A model generated the notes under the pieces. It saw only the letters and a list, made by a program, of their open reading frames with translations. It did no database searches and was not told the origin of the DNA. A stretch of 64,000 nucleotides of DNA from Schmidtea polychroa. Its lineage: Eukaryota. Of the stretch, positions 1 to 11,900 are shown in pieces. Where the stretch lies: contig CM097887.1 of the NCBI GenBank assembly GCA_044892525.1, positions 118,522,397 to 118,586,396 of the forward strand, given 5' to 3'. Position 1 is the stretch's first letter. The number at the start of each line of letters is the position of its first letter. The translations under genes were made by a program, and so were the position numbers.

Positions 1-328
1 TTATGGAATGTTCTGGGTTTTTCTGGAATTTTCCACTGTTTTTACCATCTTTTAAGTTATTCGAGTTTGTTTTTTGTAACTATATGTTTATTTGGTAATT
101 TTTGAGTTAGATTTTGCATAACTTCTTGCTTTTGTATAATTTTATTTAATTTCTGTGTTTATATTATTGTTGTTTCTCTTTTAATCATTATTGTTTATTA
201 GGTGTAATTTTAATATTTAACTATACTTTTTGCTTTTTGCATGTTGTGTATCTACACATTTCAGTCACAATTATAAGTTTGGGTCTAGAATTCAGTTCTA
301 GCCCAACAGTAAGTAGATAGGGTTTAAT

Positions 329-560
329 CTTGGTTAATATTATGGGATTTATAAGTAGTTATGATACCAAATAGGCCAGGATTAGAAATATAGGCAGATC
401 TCTGCTCAAAACTTTTGAAGAATAGATTGAATACTCGCAGGTATTGCATAGAATAGTAGGATGATATTTATTAACCGGGAAATAAAGGCGGATTCCTGCG
501 CAAAATTTTAGAGAAAGACAATAGGAAATATCCGTGATTGAGGACCACAAATAATCTAAC
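329..560 (+). mobile_element. Highly decayed non-LTR (LINE) reverse transcriptase fragment
   Basis: TATAGGCAGATCTCTGCTCAAAACTTTTGAAG reads as YRQISL/LKTFE across a frameshift, resembling the LINE RT motif YRPISLL..FSKIFE; stops and frameshifts throughout. Confidence 0.25.
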
Positions 561-1611
561 AACGGCATAGATAGTGAATAATAACGTAAGACCTTCTATC
601 GGCAGTCCAGAACCTAAAAAAGAAAATATAATGAGGAGTAGTTTTAGCAATAGAGCTCACCTGCTCGTGGATTTTCAACAATTGTATACAGCACCAACAT
701 GGCTATCACCATGAGTATACAAATGGTGTAAAGTACAATAATCATGAGGGTGTTAGGAAGGAGTCGAAGCAAAAATTATAATTTCCCCTAACACAATTAA
801 AAAATGATACCCCAAAGACAACATAATAGTAAGTTATATTTTTGATCTGTAGCGAGAATAGGAAGTGTATTGTTTTGTCGTTTAAATAGATTTCAATATC
901 GTTGAGTATTGTAATTTAATATAAAGACACCAGGAGTCAAACTGAATGAGTATTCCAGTCGAAAACTATTATAAACCCAACATCTCTATGGTGACACTTG
1001 CAAAAATGAGGTAGTCTATTGAGCTTTATATAACTGCTTGAGGCAGAACCATGGTTTTGCATCGCTGACTGTGATTAGGGTTCCCAAATCCCACAATCTC
1101 AAACCCGAGAGATTATAAAATTTCGAACAGTATAACGCTTAAGAAATAATATAGCAGGTGTTTTTTCACTTTTTTGGTTTACATATAATCACTAATACCA
1201 TAATGATTTAAACAAAACAATTATTTTTACATATTAAATTTTACATTTTTTACATTTTAAAAGTGAAAAAACCTGACAGTGACAGACTAATAACGTGGGT
1301 AAGAAGAAAAACATAAAATCGCTCGCCGCGAACAAACAACTTAAACTTCCGGTGACTGTGAGCAAAAATAAATCTTGATTATCATTATTTTAGAGAAATC
1401 AAAAAAAAGTTAAAACTTCAAAAACTTCACTTTTTTCTTGAAAAATTGTAAAATATTGTAAAAACGGAAAAAGGGGAGAGTTGGCAAGCCTAGCTGTGAT
1501 TTTATGATTTTTATAAGAAAATAAATACGTCACAATTTAAACTGGAATTATAAGAGATATCTATAAATTCATTTATTTCAGTCAATATTTATTGAGTTAT
1601 AATTTAGTGAT

Positions 1612-4600
1612 ATGACCGTCCATTATTTATCTTACGTGCACACCAGTCGGGCTGCTATTTTTCTCCGATTATTGTTCAGGTTACGATTTATTATTATTGG
1701 CATTATTATTATAAAATTTAAGCTAAACTTATCAAATTTAGGACATAATTTTTATCCAAAAAATTAATGCCGCGCTATTGAAGTGTCATGCTATACACGG
1801 AGGATCCGTAAACCAAATAAACGGGAAACAAATAAATAGAAATAAAAATGAATGTATAAAATTTAATTCAAAATTGCAAGAAAATCCCGGAATTGTATTA
1901 GTGTAACCTATAATATATTCACAGCAAATATTTGCATTAGGTGTCTAATGAATTATGTTGTTTTGCATGTATCATGTCCTGATCAATTTATAATGGCAAG
2001 AATATATCATTTCTATATTCAATATGCTATAAGTAGAAAAATTCGTACACTATACGATGCATGCACACATCACTTACCAATAGCATCCAGTCAGAATCGC
2101 GGAAACTAACAAAGCGGATATTAAATACATCCGTGTCGTTTTACATTTATCGAAATTACAAATAAGCATACAATTTTGAGTTATTAGCGCGTTGATGTAT
2201 TTATTATAAACCACAGGAAATTTAATGTGATTAAAATGAACAACTCATCTTCTTATATCAGTCAATTATGAAATTTTGTAAACAAAAATATATTTTGGTC
2301 ATAAAATCGTTTAATAAGCATCTAAAATCAAAATAAAGAAATGAGAAAACTAGAAATGTTCTGTAAAAATCGAATATAAATATATAAATTGAGATTTGTT
2401 GATTTCAAATAATAATGCCATCTCTAAATCGTAATGGAAAGATTTAAAAATTAAAAAAGAAACATTCGAATTGCTTTAACTATTCACAAAATCTATTTAA
2501 TATAATTTATGAAAAAAGGGATTTGTCAATCTGTATATAACCTTTTGTATATCAACAAAAATTACATATTTTTAATTTATCCTTTGAAGAATCGCAACCA
2601 TCTACTAGGACAGCCATGGCCAACCGGTGGCCCGCGAAGCGTTTTGATGTGACCCGGACACAATTTTAAACATCAAATCAATAATTGTCTTTTTTAGAAT
2701 TCATATTCGAATTAAGCATGTTTTTAATTTTAAAAATTGATTCCAAGTTTACTTGAATCGGAAAAACGAGTTATATTTATTTAAATGAATTTATTGTGGC
2801 CCGTGATAGTATTTTTCCGAAAATTTGGCCCTTCGATTGATTTGGGTTGGACACCACTGTACTAGAAGCACTAAATTTTTAATATTGTGTTACAGCAGTG
2901 ATTCTCAACCACTGCCGCTAAATTTTAGATATATAATATATCGAAATAATTCCAAATAAATTCATAAAATGTCATAAAAATCACGAAAAAAACCCGAAAA
3001 TTAATTAAAAATAATTTATAATATTAATGTTGACTAAAACTAATATTTAAGAGGTTAAATAATGATCTCATAATTATATAAAATCAGAATTCAAGCCTTA
3101 AATTTAAAAATCTTGAAAACCATTTATAAAATTGAATAAATGAAGTAAATAACTTCACTTTCTCATAAATAGTAAGCCATATTCACTGATGCACACACCA
3201 ACGTTTATTATAGAAACTTTTGTGTGTCCAAAAAGTTTGAAATCGTTTAAAGTGTACCTCAACAAAAAAGAGGTTAAGAATCACTGCATTAGAGGCTAAC
3301 CAATTTATACTTTGGGGTAATTGAATAATTCCGTCACGCTCGAGGGTGGGTGGGTGAGTTCCTTGAAAACGTGACGAAACGTGACGTGGGTGAGAGGATA
3401 AGTTGAGTTGAATGTGACGTCACACTAGGTGTATTTAATGGACCATGAGAATTATTATTGCGACAATCTTCCTCTGCTACTATGCTACAGTGATGTTGAT
3501 ACTTTGACTAGACGATGATGACTAACATTTATTGCTACTACAGCAAGCTTTCAAACAATGTTGAGTTATAATATTTGGATTATGGTACCACTAGGCTACT
3601 CATTTCGTGAACATTAAAATGAAATGGGGGGGTGGTGTGGATCAACGAAAATGTGACCAAATTGTCTAATGTCTAAAATTGTCATTTTTGGAGTGACGTA
3701 TTTATGCAATGACCCCTTTCAATTATATTATCATTAGAAATTTATATATATTTAGTGGTGGTGCGATGGATGCGCTTGCATGGAAGATGCCAGTTTTGAA
3801 ATATTTGGTTCTATTTTTGACGTTGCAATTATTAAAATATCCCGCAAATGATTTTCTGATAGTTTATTTCTGTTATTCGTTTTTGCATTTTTCATTTTTG
3901 AATAAGGTTGTTCACATATGTATGAGCTGCCAAAAATTGACAACATTTCTGATGCAAATATTCTCAGTTTAGGAAAATCTTGTTTCGATAGTCCTTTTTA
4001 AAACTCTACCAATGTTTTTTCAGTGAAACTTACTTTCAAACTATTGGTACTATGTAACTGGCAAAGCTCAAGCTGTACATCTGGAAATGCTTCATCGACG
4101 TCAAATGTAAAAGGATTTTCAAACACGTTTTTGATAAAATAGACTGCGAAAGATATTAGAAATGGTACGACGAAAAATCTAAATTATAAAAAAATGACGT
4201 CATTTACCTAAATCCAAGTGTAACGTCGCACAATAAGTGTGAGACTGTAGACTTGGTTTAGATTGGCTAACTAAAAACTTTTAAAAAAATATTATCAAAA
4301 CAAGTTTGTATTTATATTTCTAAAATCTGACGCCCTAGGCAACTGCCTATATCGTCTATGTCAGGAACTGGCTCTTGTTTTTATTGATAAAATCCTTTAT
4401 TTTTTTGTTATTTATTTTACAAAAGCCAAAATACTATTATTTATTTACGTTGAAAAATGTTCCCTGTCAACTCCGGAACCATGTGAAGACCTACAATGCG
4501 GTCCTGGGTCACCTAGGCCATTTAGTCAACTTTACAACATAAAACTTAAATTTATTCATAAATTACACAATTATTATTATTATTTAATTCTTTCTAGATG

Positions 4601-5941
4601 GAGAGGTGGAATTGTTAAACTAGTTGTAATGGAGTTGGGAATATTTTTAGTTTGTTTCTATTTGTTAAATTTTATATACCGATTTGCATTGAAAGACAGT
4701 CACAAAATGTTTATTTTTCAAACAGATAAAATGTTCTAATAATCATTTAGAGTATTTATGGATATTGTTAAGACTGTATTCGATTATCAATCTAAAATTC
4801 CCATGGCAATAATTTTGGGATTTTTTATTGCATCAGTATATGCAAATTTTATACGACGATTTAAAATGATACCGTGGATCATGAAGATTATTACTCTGCT
4901 ATCATTTCATTTGCATAACACGAGCAAGCGCGAAACGATTCTTCGAAGTCACATAATAAGGTACCTAAATACCGCTCTAATCATGACTATCATTCGTGTC
5001 CATCGGCATAAGCTGTTTGTCGACATTGCTAGCTTAGTTAAAAGAGGTTTAGTAATCATTTTTGATTTACTTTCAATTTTATTCAACTAGGGGTATTGAC
5101 ATCGAAAGAAGCTGAAATGATAAATGCCATTCCATATTTGCATATTCATCCGCTTATTCCTATTTCCTGGTCAATTTCATTAGTAGTAAATGCTCGGAAT
5201 GAGGAACTGCTTACTAATACTCATGGCTTTGTATTCATTGTTGAGGTACATTAGGTCACATATTATTTTTGATTAATATTTTCCTAGGCTATAAATGAAT
5301 ATAAACGCAATTTATTTGAGATTATTTTAAACGACCAAGTGTCCTTTCCTCTCATNNNNNNNNNNNNNNNNNNNNNNNNNNNNNNNNNNNNNNNNNNNNN
5401 NNNNNNNNNNNNNNNNNNNNNNNNNNNNNNNNNNNNNNNNNNNNNNNNNNNNNNNNNNNNNNNNNNNNNNNNNNNNNNNNNNNNNNNNNNNNNNNNNNNN
5501 NNNNNNNNNNNNNNNNNNNNNNNNNNNNTTCAGGTAAACACTCTTGCCGTTTATGCATATTTCATGTTTTCCTTATTTGCATCTCAAGATACACTCTACA
5601 ATGGTATGGATATGTTTATTCCTGTTAGAGCTATTATCGAATTTCTTGTTTATATGGGACTGCTAAAAGTAAAAAAATTGTATTGGTTTGAATTGTTACG
5701 AATAATGTTAAATTAGTGCGCAATAGGATTGCTAAATCCAATGGGAAATGATGAAGAGAATTTTGAAATAGATGAAGTTATTTTGTATAATTGGATGGTA
5801 ATTGCATTATTTTAAATCAATTTTCTAATTAAGAGTAAAATGTGAAAATTGTAATTATTTGTTGTTTAATAATAATTAAAATTAATTAAATTACAGATCG
5901 AAAAATCAACAATGGAAATTATAAAAATTAGTACGTATTAA
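1612..5941 (+). CDS. BEST: Bestrophin family anion channel, divergent, 8 exons, one intron in an N-gap
   Basis: Exons: 1612-1679 (MTVHYLSYVHTSRAAIFLRLLFR), 4598-4708 (WRGGIVKLVVMEL...), 4751-5046 (IPMAIILGFFI...RYLN), 5091-5245, 5288-gap (DQVSFPLI), 5534-5668 (VNTLAVYAYF...YMGLLK), 5717-5797 (LLNPMGNDEENFE), 5897-5941. All visible junctions are GT-AG with consistent phase. Motifs match bestrophin MTVTY..RWRGS, IP..F.LGF, IPL.YTQV and NPFG.DDDDFE. Last exon tentative. Confidence 0.9.
2611..2859. mobile_element. hAT-type MITE in bestrophin intron 1
   Basis: TIRs CAGCCATGGCCAACC / CAGTGGTGTCCAACC (11/15); 8-bp TSD TACTAGGA / TACTAGAA (7/8). Confidence 0.8.
2896..3286. mobile_element. hAT (Charlie-like) MITE
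   Basis: TIRs CAGTGATTCTCAACC / CAGTGATTCTTAACC (14/15); degenerate 8-bp flanks TGTTACAG / CATTAGAG; internal part recurs at about 14570-14740; same TIR end GTTGAGAATCACTG near 25005-25018. Confidence 0.75.
3314..3716. mobile_element. MITE with GGGGT(C/A)ATT...CGTCAC TIRs and 3-bp TSD (PIF-Harbinger/Zator-like)
   Basis: Left GGGGTAATTGAATAATTCCGTCAC versus reverse complement of right GGGGTCATTGCATAAATACGTCAC (20/24); TTT on both flanks. Superfamily assignment is inference. Confidence 0.7.
3752..4110 (-). mobile_element. hAT transposase C-terminal fragment (SPIN/GTF2IRD2-like dimerisation domain)
   Basis: MLSIFGSSYICEQPYSKMKNAKTNNRNKLSENHLRDILIIATSKIEPNISKL matches the SPIN/GTF2IRD2 FGSTYICEQ.FS.M..RS.LTD.HL motif; upstream ENPF..DV..A...VQLEL. 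Confidence 0.85.
5356..5528. other. Assembly gap (173 N)
   Basis: Run of n inside bestrophin, covering the end of exon 5 and the following intron. Confidence 1.
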
Positions 5942-6384
5942 AGAATTTCAAATAAGGGATATCAAAATACAACCAAATTGAGTAATTAATTAAAAAGTTT
6001 TGACTGAAGTCGAAGATTAAAATTTGGCATAGAGAGGATTAAAGATTATTTCAGAAAATAGAATTTGGTTATTCAAAGGAATCTAATTATTTTTAGATTT
6101 CAGTTTTGGGTGAAAGTTAGTGTATACCCATCCCTCTATTTACACGGTACTTTTTTATACGATTTATCTTTTACACGGTTTGAAAAAAAAGTTTTTTAAT
6201 TTTTTGTAAAATAATTTAAGGTTCAATTCTCCATTCTCGAAATACCGCAAAAAATATCATTAATCATAAAGCAAATGAAATAAGGTAATTAATTTCACGA
6301 ATTGTTACTTTACAGTCAATATTGAGTGTCTTTTTTGCGAGTCAACAAGTTTGAGTAACAAAGCGACTTTAATTATTTATTTTA

Positions 6385-7250
6385 AAACTTCTTTGGACGG
6401 AAAAGATCCTGAATGTGTATTTCTTGATTTGTGCGAGCTAGATTCTTAGGATGTAGAACATATTGAGAAGAAACTATTAGATATCCTAAAAATATATGGT
6501 TTTCACGAGGAATACTTAAAATACCATTGGATTGCAATTGCCACTGATGGAGCAAGTGTAAAGGTAGGTAACCAGACTTCGACAAAGGTACCCGAATCTT
6601 TTCACTTGACATTGTTTAAATCATAGACTCGAATTATCTGTATACTATCTTAAAGGTTTTCTGGACTAACTATATACGTTATATTGTCAGTCTCCTAAAT
6701 TTTTCATGCTTTAGAATGGTATATACCACAACTAGAATTAAAATTTTAAAAATTGGACGCAATCTAGGAATTCGGGGGTTAGCAAGTACTTTTAGTACAG
6801 TGCCAGTTATATGGGATTCATATGAAGCGTTACACTTTCACTTAAAAAACTCATGTGAGGAATCAAATTTAAAAATTGCATTTCTTGGTTTAAAGAGAAA
6901 ACTTGAAAGTCCAAAATTTCTATTAGATTTAGAGCTTATGTAATACATGGTCAAGAATTGTCAGTATCATCTAAAGAACTACAATCACGAACCACAATAC
7001 CAAGGATTGAAACCATACGAATAATAGTTTCAAAGTAAAACTTGGTGAAAAATTACACAAAAAAGTAATCGAAATCAATTTATTTAAAGTATGGTTGATA
7101 GAATAAAATCTTTACCGAGTTTATTTGAGTAAATATTATAATACTAGCATCTTTGATTATTTCAAATTTAATGTTTATTAATGTTAATGGACCGCCTGTC
7201 GAAAATTTTCAAACAAAAACATGTACGATCTTGGTTACTAAATCACCATT
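6385..7250 (+). mobile_element. Decayed hAT transposase (ZNF862-like)
   Basis: Pieces with stops and frameshifts: IFLDLCEL, IAIATDGASV, HCLNHRLELSV, LKIGRNLGIRG...VIWDSYEALH, NVNGPPVENF. Confidence 0.75.
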
Positions 7251-8124
7251 CAGCAACAGATACGCAATCAAAAGTATGTTCAGGTGAATCTCGCAAAGCC
7301 CTTTGGGACATATTTAGAGAATAATAAAAATAAACAATTTTTATTTTCATCAATTTTTAAACGCCTACTCCCTCATTTTTATGATATACCCTCTGGTTCT
7401 TGCAGCTTATGTACCGTATACATACTGATTTTACGAATAATAGATAGATACCAAATTTGTAACTATAGTTGATCGAATTTTCAGTTTACGACTAGTGAAT
7501 AAATTGAGTTGTACATGTTTTAGTAGAAATAAAAATTTGTTAAAAATCAACGATTAAGTAATAACAATTTTAAGTCATACCCTATTAACACTTTCACAGA
7601 AGGCACCGGTATTTTGCGCTGCGCATCATCTGGCGGTTCAGTTTATGTTATTATACTAAAGTTGTTTAAATTACGTTATTAATTATAATTGTACGTTGTA
7701 ATGATACATCTAATAACACAATAAAATACGTCCCATCGGTGATCCATGTCGACGTGAACATGTTAACAACTCCTGAACCTATTAAATTTCAACAAAACAC
7801 TATCAGATAAGATTTTATAACTTAAGCAAATAATTCAATAGAAAAATCGATTGTCAAATAACTATTGCATAATAGTATTAATTATAGATAGGACATTGCA
7901 TTAGCAACGAAGTAGTTGATACAGCTCCCGAACAACTCTTTCAAGATTTATTCTTCAACACGGAACGAGTGAATTTTGAAGAAGTCGACTACGGACACAC
8001 ATCTTTCAAGTTAATATTAAATTTATTGATATTTTAAATTTAATATCAATTTATTCAGCGGATAATAGAAAATTTTAAACAGATACAAAATAAATGTATT
8101 CCAAAATACAAATATTACAAAATT

Positions 8125-10106
8125 TTAATCATCATCTTCATCTTGCTTTCCTGGTTGTCTAGCAGCGGGACCTCCAGCAGCCCGAGCCATTATTATCTAG
8201 ACAAAATTAATTAGTAAATTATGTCATTATCAAAAGGAATTATACATTATCAACTCGAAGAATTGTGATTGCGGTGTCGGCAGCAAATCGGATACCCCAA
8301 TATTTGGCGGTATAAGTGTCTAGAATTTGCTCTTCAACAGCATCAGCCACTTTACGGCCTTCAGCAGTTGATACGATACCATAAGTAGTTTTACCTTCTC
8401 TATGTTCCGCTTTCAATTCTGCAATTCGTTCAGTTGCCTTAAATAGTACCAGTCGTTAATTTTTATTTATTTTTAACAATAATTACATTTTCTCCTGCAT
8501 TGTCACACAAGACCTTTACAATCGATTCAAATGCCAAAACGAATTGTTTTATAGCATATTGAACTAATCCGGTTTGTGTATTGGCAAAATCAGATAACCT
8601 GTTGGCTAATTCAATTTCAGTAGCTCCAGCTCCAGCAAGATATTGTGGATCTTTAGTTAAACATTTGAATGTGTTAACTCCATCATCAATCGCCCTTTCA
8701 ACTTCATCCATTACATCATGCATACTTCCTCTGACAACGATGCTTGAAATTGCTCCCTCATTCACATCTAATAAGATAAATTAAAATTATTGATTCCTTA
8801 AGTACATTTCTGAATATAATTAGTTGACAATTATCAAATGAAAACAAATACATAACACATATATAGATAATCTTACCTTGATCAAACAATACTGCAGTAG
8901 TTTTCCCAATTTCTTCTGTACGTACATTAGCGATATAACCTAATTCCTCTTGTGTTGGTGTGCTAAATTTTGGCATTGGAGTTGCACCGGTGATTTTGCA
9001 AACACGACGCACGTCAAATTTACTAGTCAATTTTACAACCATCAAGTTATATTTATTAGCATAATGTAAAGCTAATTCTCCGACTTTGCCACCAGTAACA
9101 ATAACTTTACAGCCAGTTTCTGATATTTCACGAACTCTATCCTCCATTTGTGTTTCTTCTCCACGACTGAAATCCATTAGTTCTTTTGCATTGTTTATAA
9201 GAATTGTTCCTTTGGTTTCTGTCTGTAATTGATCAAATGGGCACGAGTAAACGACAACCTTTGCTTCAGTGCATGATTTTACTACTCCTTGGGCTTCTCT
9301 AATAAAAACCATTCCATTGAAAAGTTTAGAAGAATTTGTTCCACTTCCCTGTTTTCAAATGGTTAAATATTATATTACCAAATATTAATTTACCAAAATC
9401 TTAACAACTCGAATATTGTCAACATTAAAATGCGAGGATTCAGGGAGAGCTCTGACTAAAATTTGAAAATGAAAGAATATCATATTTAATATTTTTACTG
9501 CAAGCTTTTGTAACTAAATCTGAAATGTGATTTTCTTCACCAAAAATTTTGGAATTGACTGCCGTTCGAATAACTTTGCCAACAGATTCTTCATTACGCA
9601 AATCTCCAACTTTACCAACTACTAAATCTTTAAGCAACTCCAAACTATGCTTTGCGGCGATTTCAAATCCTTCTGTTACATCTGGAACTGATAATCCCAT
9701 TTTTAGCAAATATTCAGCCTTTTCCAATAGGGAAGCACAAAGTATTATAACCAAATTTGTTGCTTCGCCAGATTCTTGCTCCTGTTGTTGAGCAGCCATC
9801 ACCATTAGCTTTGCAGCTGGGTGTTCTACTTCTAATTCACGTAAAATTGTTCCAGCATCCTTGGTTACGAACTTTTTGCCAATATGATTTATCACCATTT
9901 TTTTCATTCCTTGTGGTCCAAATGTTGATGCAGTGGTTTGACCTAAGGCTACACATGCTTGAATATTTCTGTAGACCGATTCTTCTAAACCTTGATAGAA
10001 CTGGAGAAATAAAAATAAAAATTGTTAAAACAAATTTAATCTTTACTTTAGCACCTTCTTTCATCATAGAAAGATAACCAGGAGCGTTAGGAATATGCAT
10101 AGCCAT
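8125..10106 (-). CDS. CCT8: T-complex protein 1 subunit theta (CCT8), 7 exons, 546 aa
   Basis: Exons 10106-10047, 10000-9499, 9455-9394, 9348-8877, 8767-8487, 8437-8246, 8196-8125 sum to 1641 nt; introns of 46, 43, 45, 109, 49 and 49 nt, all GT-AG. Diagnostic motifs: MAMHIPNAPG..SMMKEGAK, VYRNIQAC, FNVDNIRVVKILG, YSCPFD..TETKGT, ERAIDDGVNTFK, DTYTAKYWGI. Confidence 0.97.
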
Positions 10107-11579
10107 GTTGAACTGAAATGTGAAAAAAAAATAATCGTTGAATGATAATTATTATTAACGAACTTTTTCTAGATCACTCTAAGTTTTAAAAACAAATGTA
10201 TATAAACAAAATAACTAATTTACTATTAAATTAAAAGCCACTTGTCATTTTTGAGTTGAAATTATAAATTAATTAATTCTAATAAATTATTAAATAAATT
10301 TTATTAAAAATAATTTTAATTTATTTTCAATTTGCAAATGTTTCAATTGTGTTAATAGCAAAATATATTTATAAAATAAGTTCTTATTTTCAGTATTTAC
10401 TATCAAAAGGAAACCTTTAATTCTTAATAAATAAATTTATTTTGATTTTTTAAATGACGACTTAAAAAATAATTTTAAATCACATTATTGTCGGATCTTG
10501 GTCTGAGAAGTGGGCAACCTAATCACAGCAACCTACTCATTTGACCACTATCTTATCACTATCACTTAGCAGTCCCTCATAAATTTACTTCACGCGTAAA
10601 ATTAACTTTACATAAGACTACCATAAATACTTTCTGAAAAAAAATTAACATATTAGAACTGTATCTTAGATCGACAGATAGACTTCTCAATACTTTTTCA
10701 GAACTGTGTTCCATCACATATTTTCGGTTCATGCATTAATAAAAGATGCTTTTTCTTAACTATTAATCTAGGATGAAGAAAAAATTTTAAAAGTTCACTT
10801 CAAAAATCATAATAACAAATCAAAAATATTAATAAACAAAATAAAAAAACTTTACTAATAATTAAACCTTAAAATAATTTGTCGATAGCACGACCATTTA
10901 TAAAAATATAATTCAAATAAATAACTAAATAAACTATTTCACAGTGGTTATTTACGAAATGACAAAATTTTATTCATTAATATTCACAACACTTTATCTG
11001 CACTACTATTTTCAATTTTCTCGCGCAGGGATAGGTCATCCAATTAGAGATCTCCCTTCAATGCACACAAGGAATTATTTCTAATATTGGCTGCCACTAA
11101 TATATCGTAGACTTTCATTTATTCGAATCTGTGAAATATTCATAATTTGTCTTCGACCAATCGGCAATTTTACAAACCCGCCTAATAATGTGCAAATGTT
11201 GCTGAAAGAGCATTTTGAAATCATCGAGTGTATAATTTGACGATATGAGCACCAAGCTTTGTACGATGTCGTGAAACAAACTGAGAATCATGAAAGATGC
11301 ATTGACTAAGAAGACCCAAAAAAATTCTGACAGGTTAAAGGAGTAGGATGTCGATAATTTAAACTAGCATATAATTATATTAGACGCCTGTTAACCAAAC
11401 CTTCCTACTACGATTAGGCGTACTGCGCTGCAAAATGCAGATTGCATAATGATCTTGCATTATTTAGATTGGAATCAACTTTATAGTCTTTCAACAATTT
11501 TGAAGTTCATCACTCTCTCCGTGCTCTTTCAATTGACAAATCTTTGGTATCAAGATAGTCTGAATCGGTTTTAAAATGT

Positions 11580-11900
11580 CAGGATAATTAGTAACTGTTT
11601 TCACATGGCTAACGTAGTTAGACGATCCATCAACTTCCGCATTCGTTGAGGAGTTGTGGCAAGTGACCGTTCCGATAACTCATTAAGTGTTACACTTCGT
11701 GTTTGGTAATTTGACTAACACATGACTGCCGACAGCATAGTGATTGATTTGATAATCACCGGCATTCTCGGGTGCAATATCACTCAAAAGAAGTTTTGGG
11801 CTTCTCCATTCTAGTCTAAAGTGTACTTTTGATGGGATAGTTTTCTTAGGGTCGATCTCGTTGATTGAATATTAAATTCTAACACAGAATTATTTTATCT
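11580..11900 (-). mobile_element. Decayed Ty3/gypsy integrase C-terminal relic
   Basis: Frame reads ...FRLEWRSP...YAVGSHVLVKLPNTKCNT**VIGTVTCHNSSTNAEVDGSSNYV, resembling the VGD.V.VKPP..RCT..W..G.VT..V.VDG tail of gypsy integrases. Confidence 0.5.

Noticed and set aside
5339-5716. ORF-track entries containing X runs (also 12429-12684 and 39414-39659)
   Set aside because: Artefacts of translating through N gaps; only the part after 5534 is a real bestrophin exon.
8581-10077. Plus-strand ORFs of 67, 80 and 106 aa
   Set aside because: Antisense shadows of CCT8 exons with no independent motifs.
11040-11460. Faint RT-like peptide on the + strand (RPIGNFTNPP, LDWNQ)
   Set aside because: Similarity too weak, and orientation conflicts with the adjacent minus-strand integrase relic.
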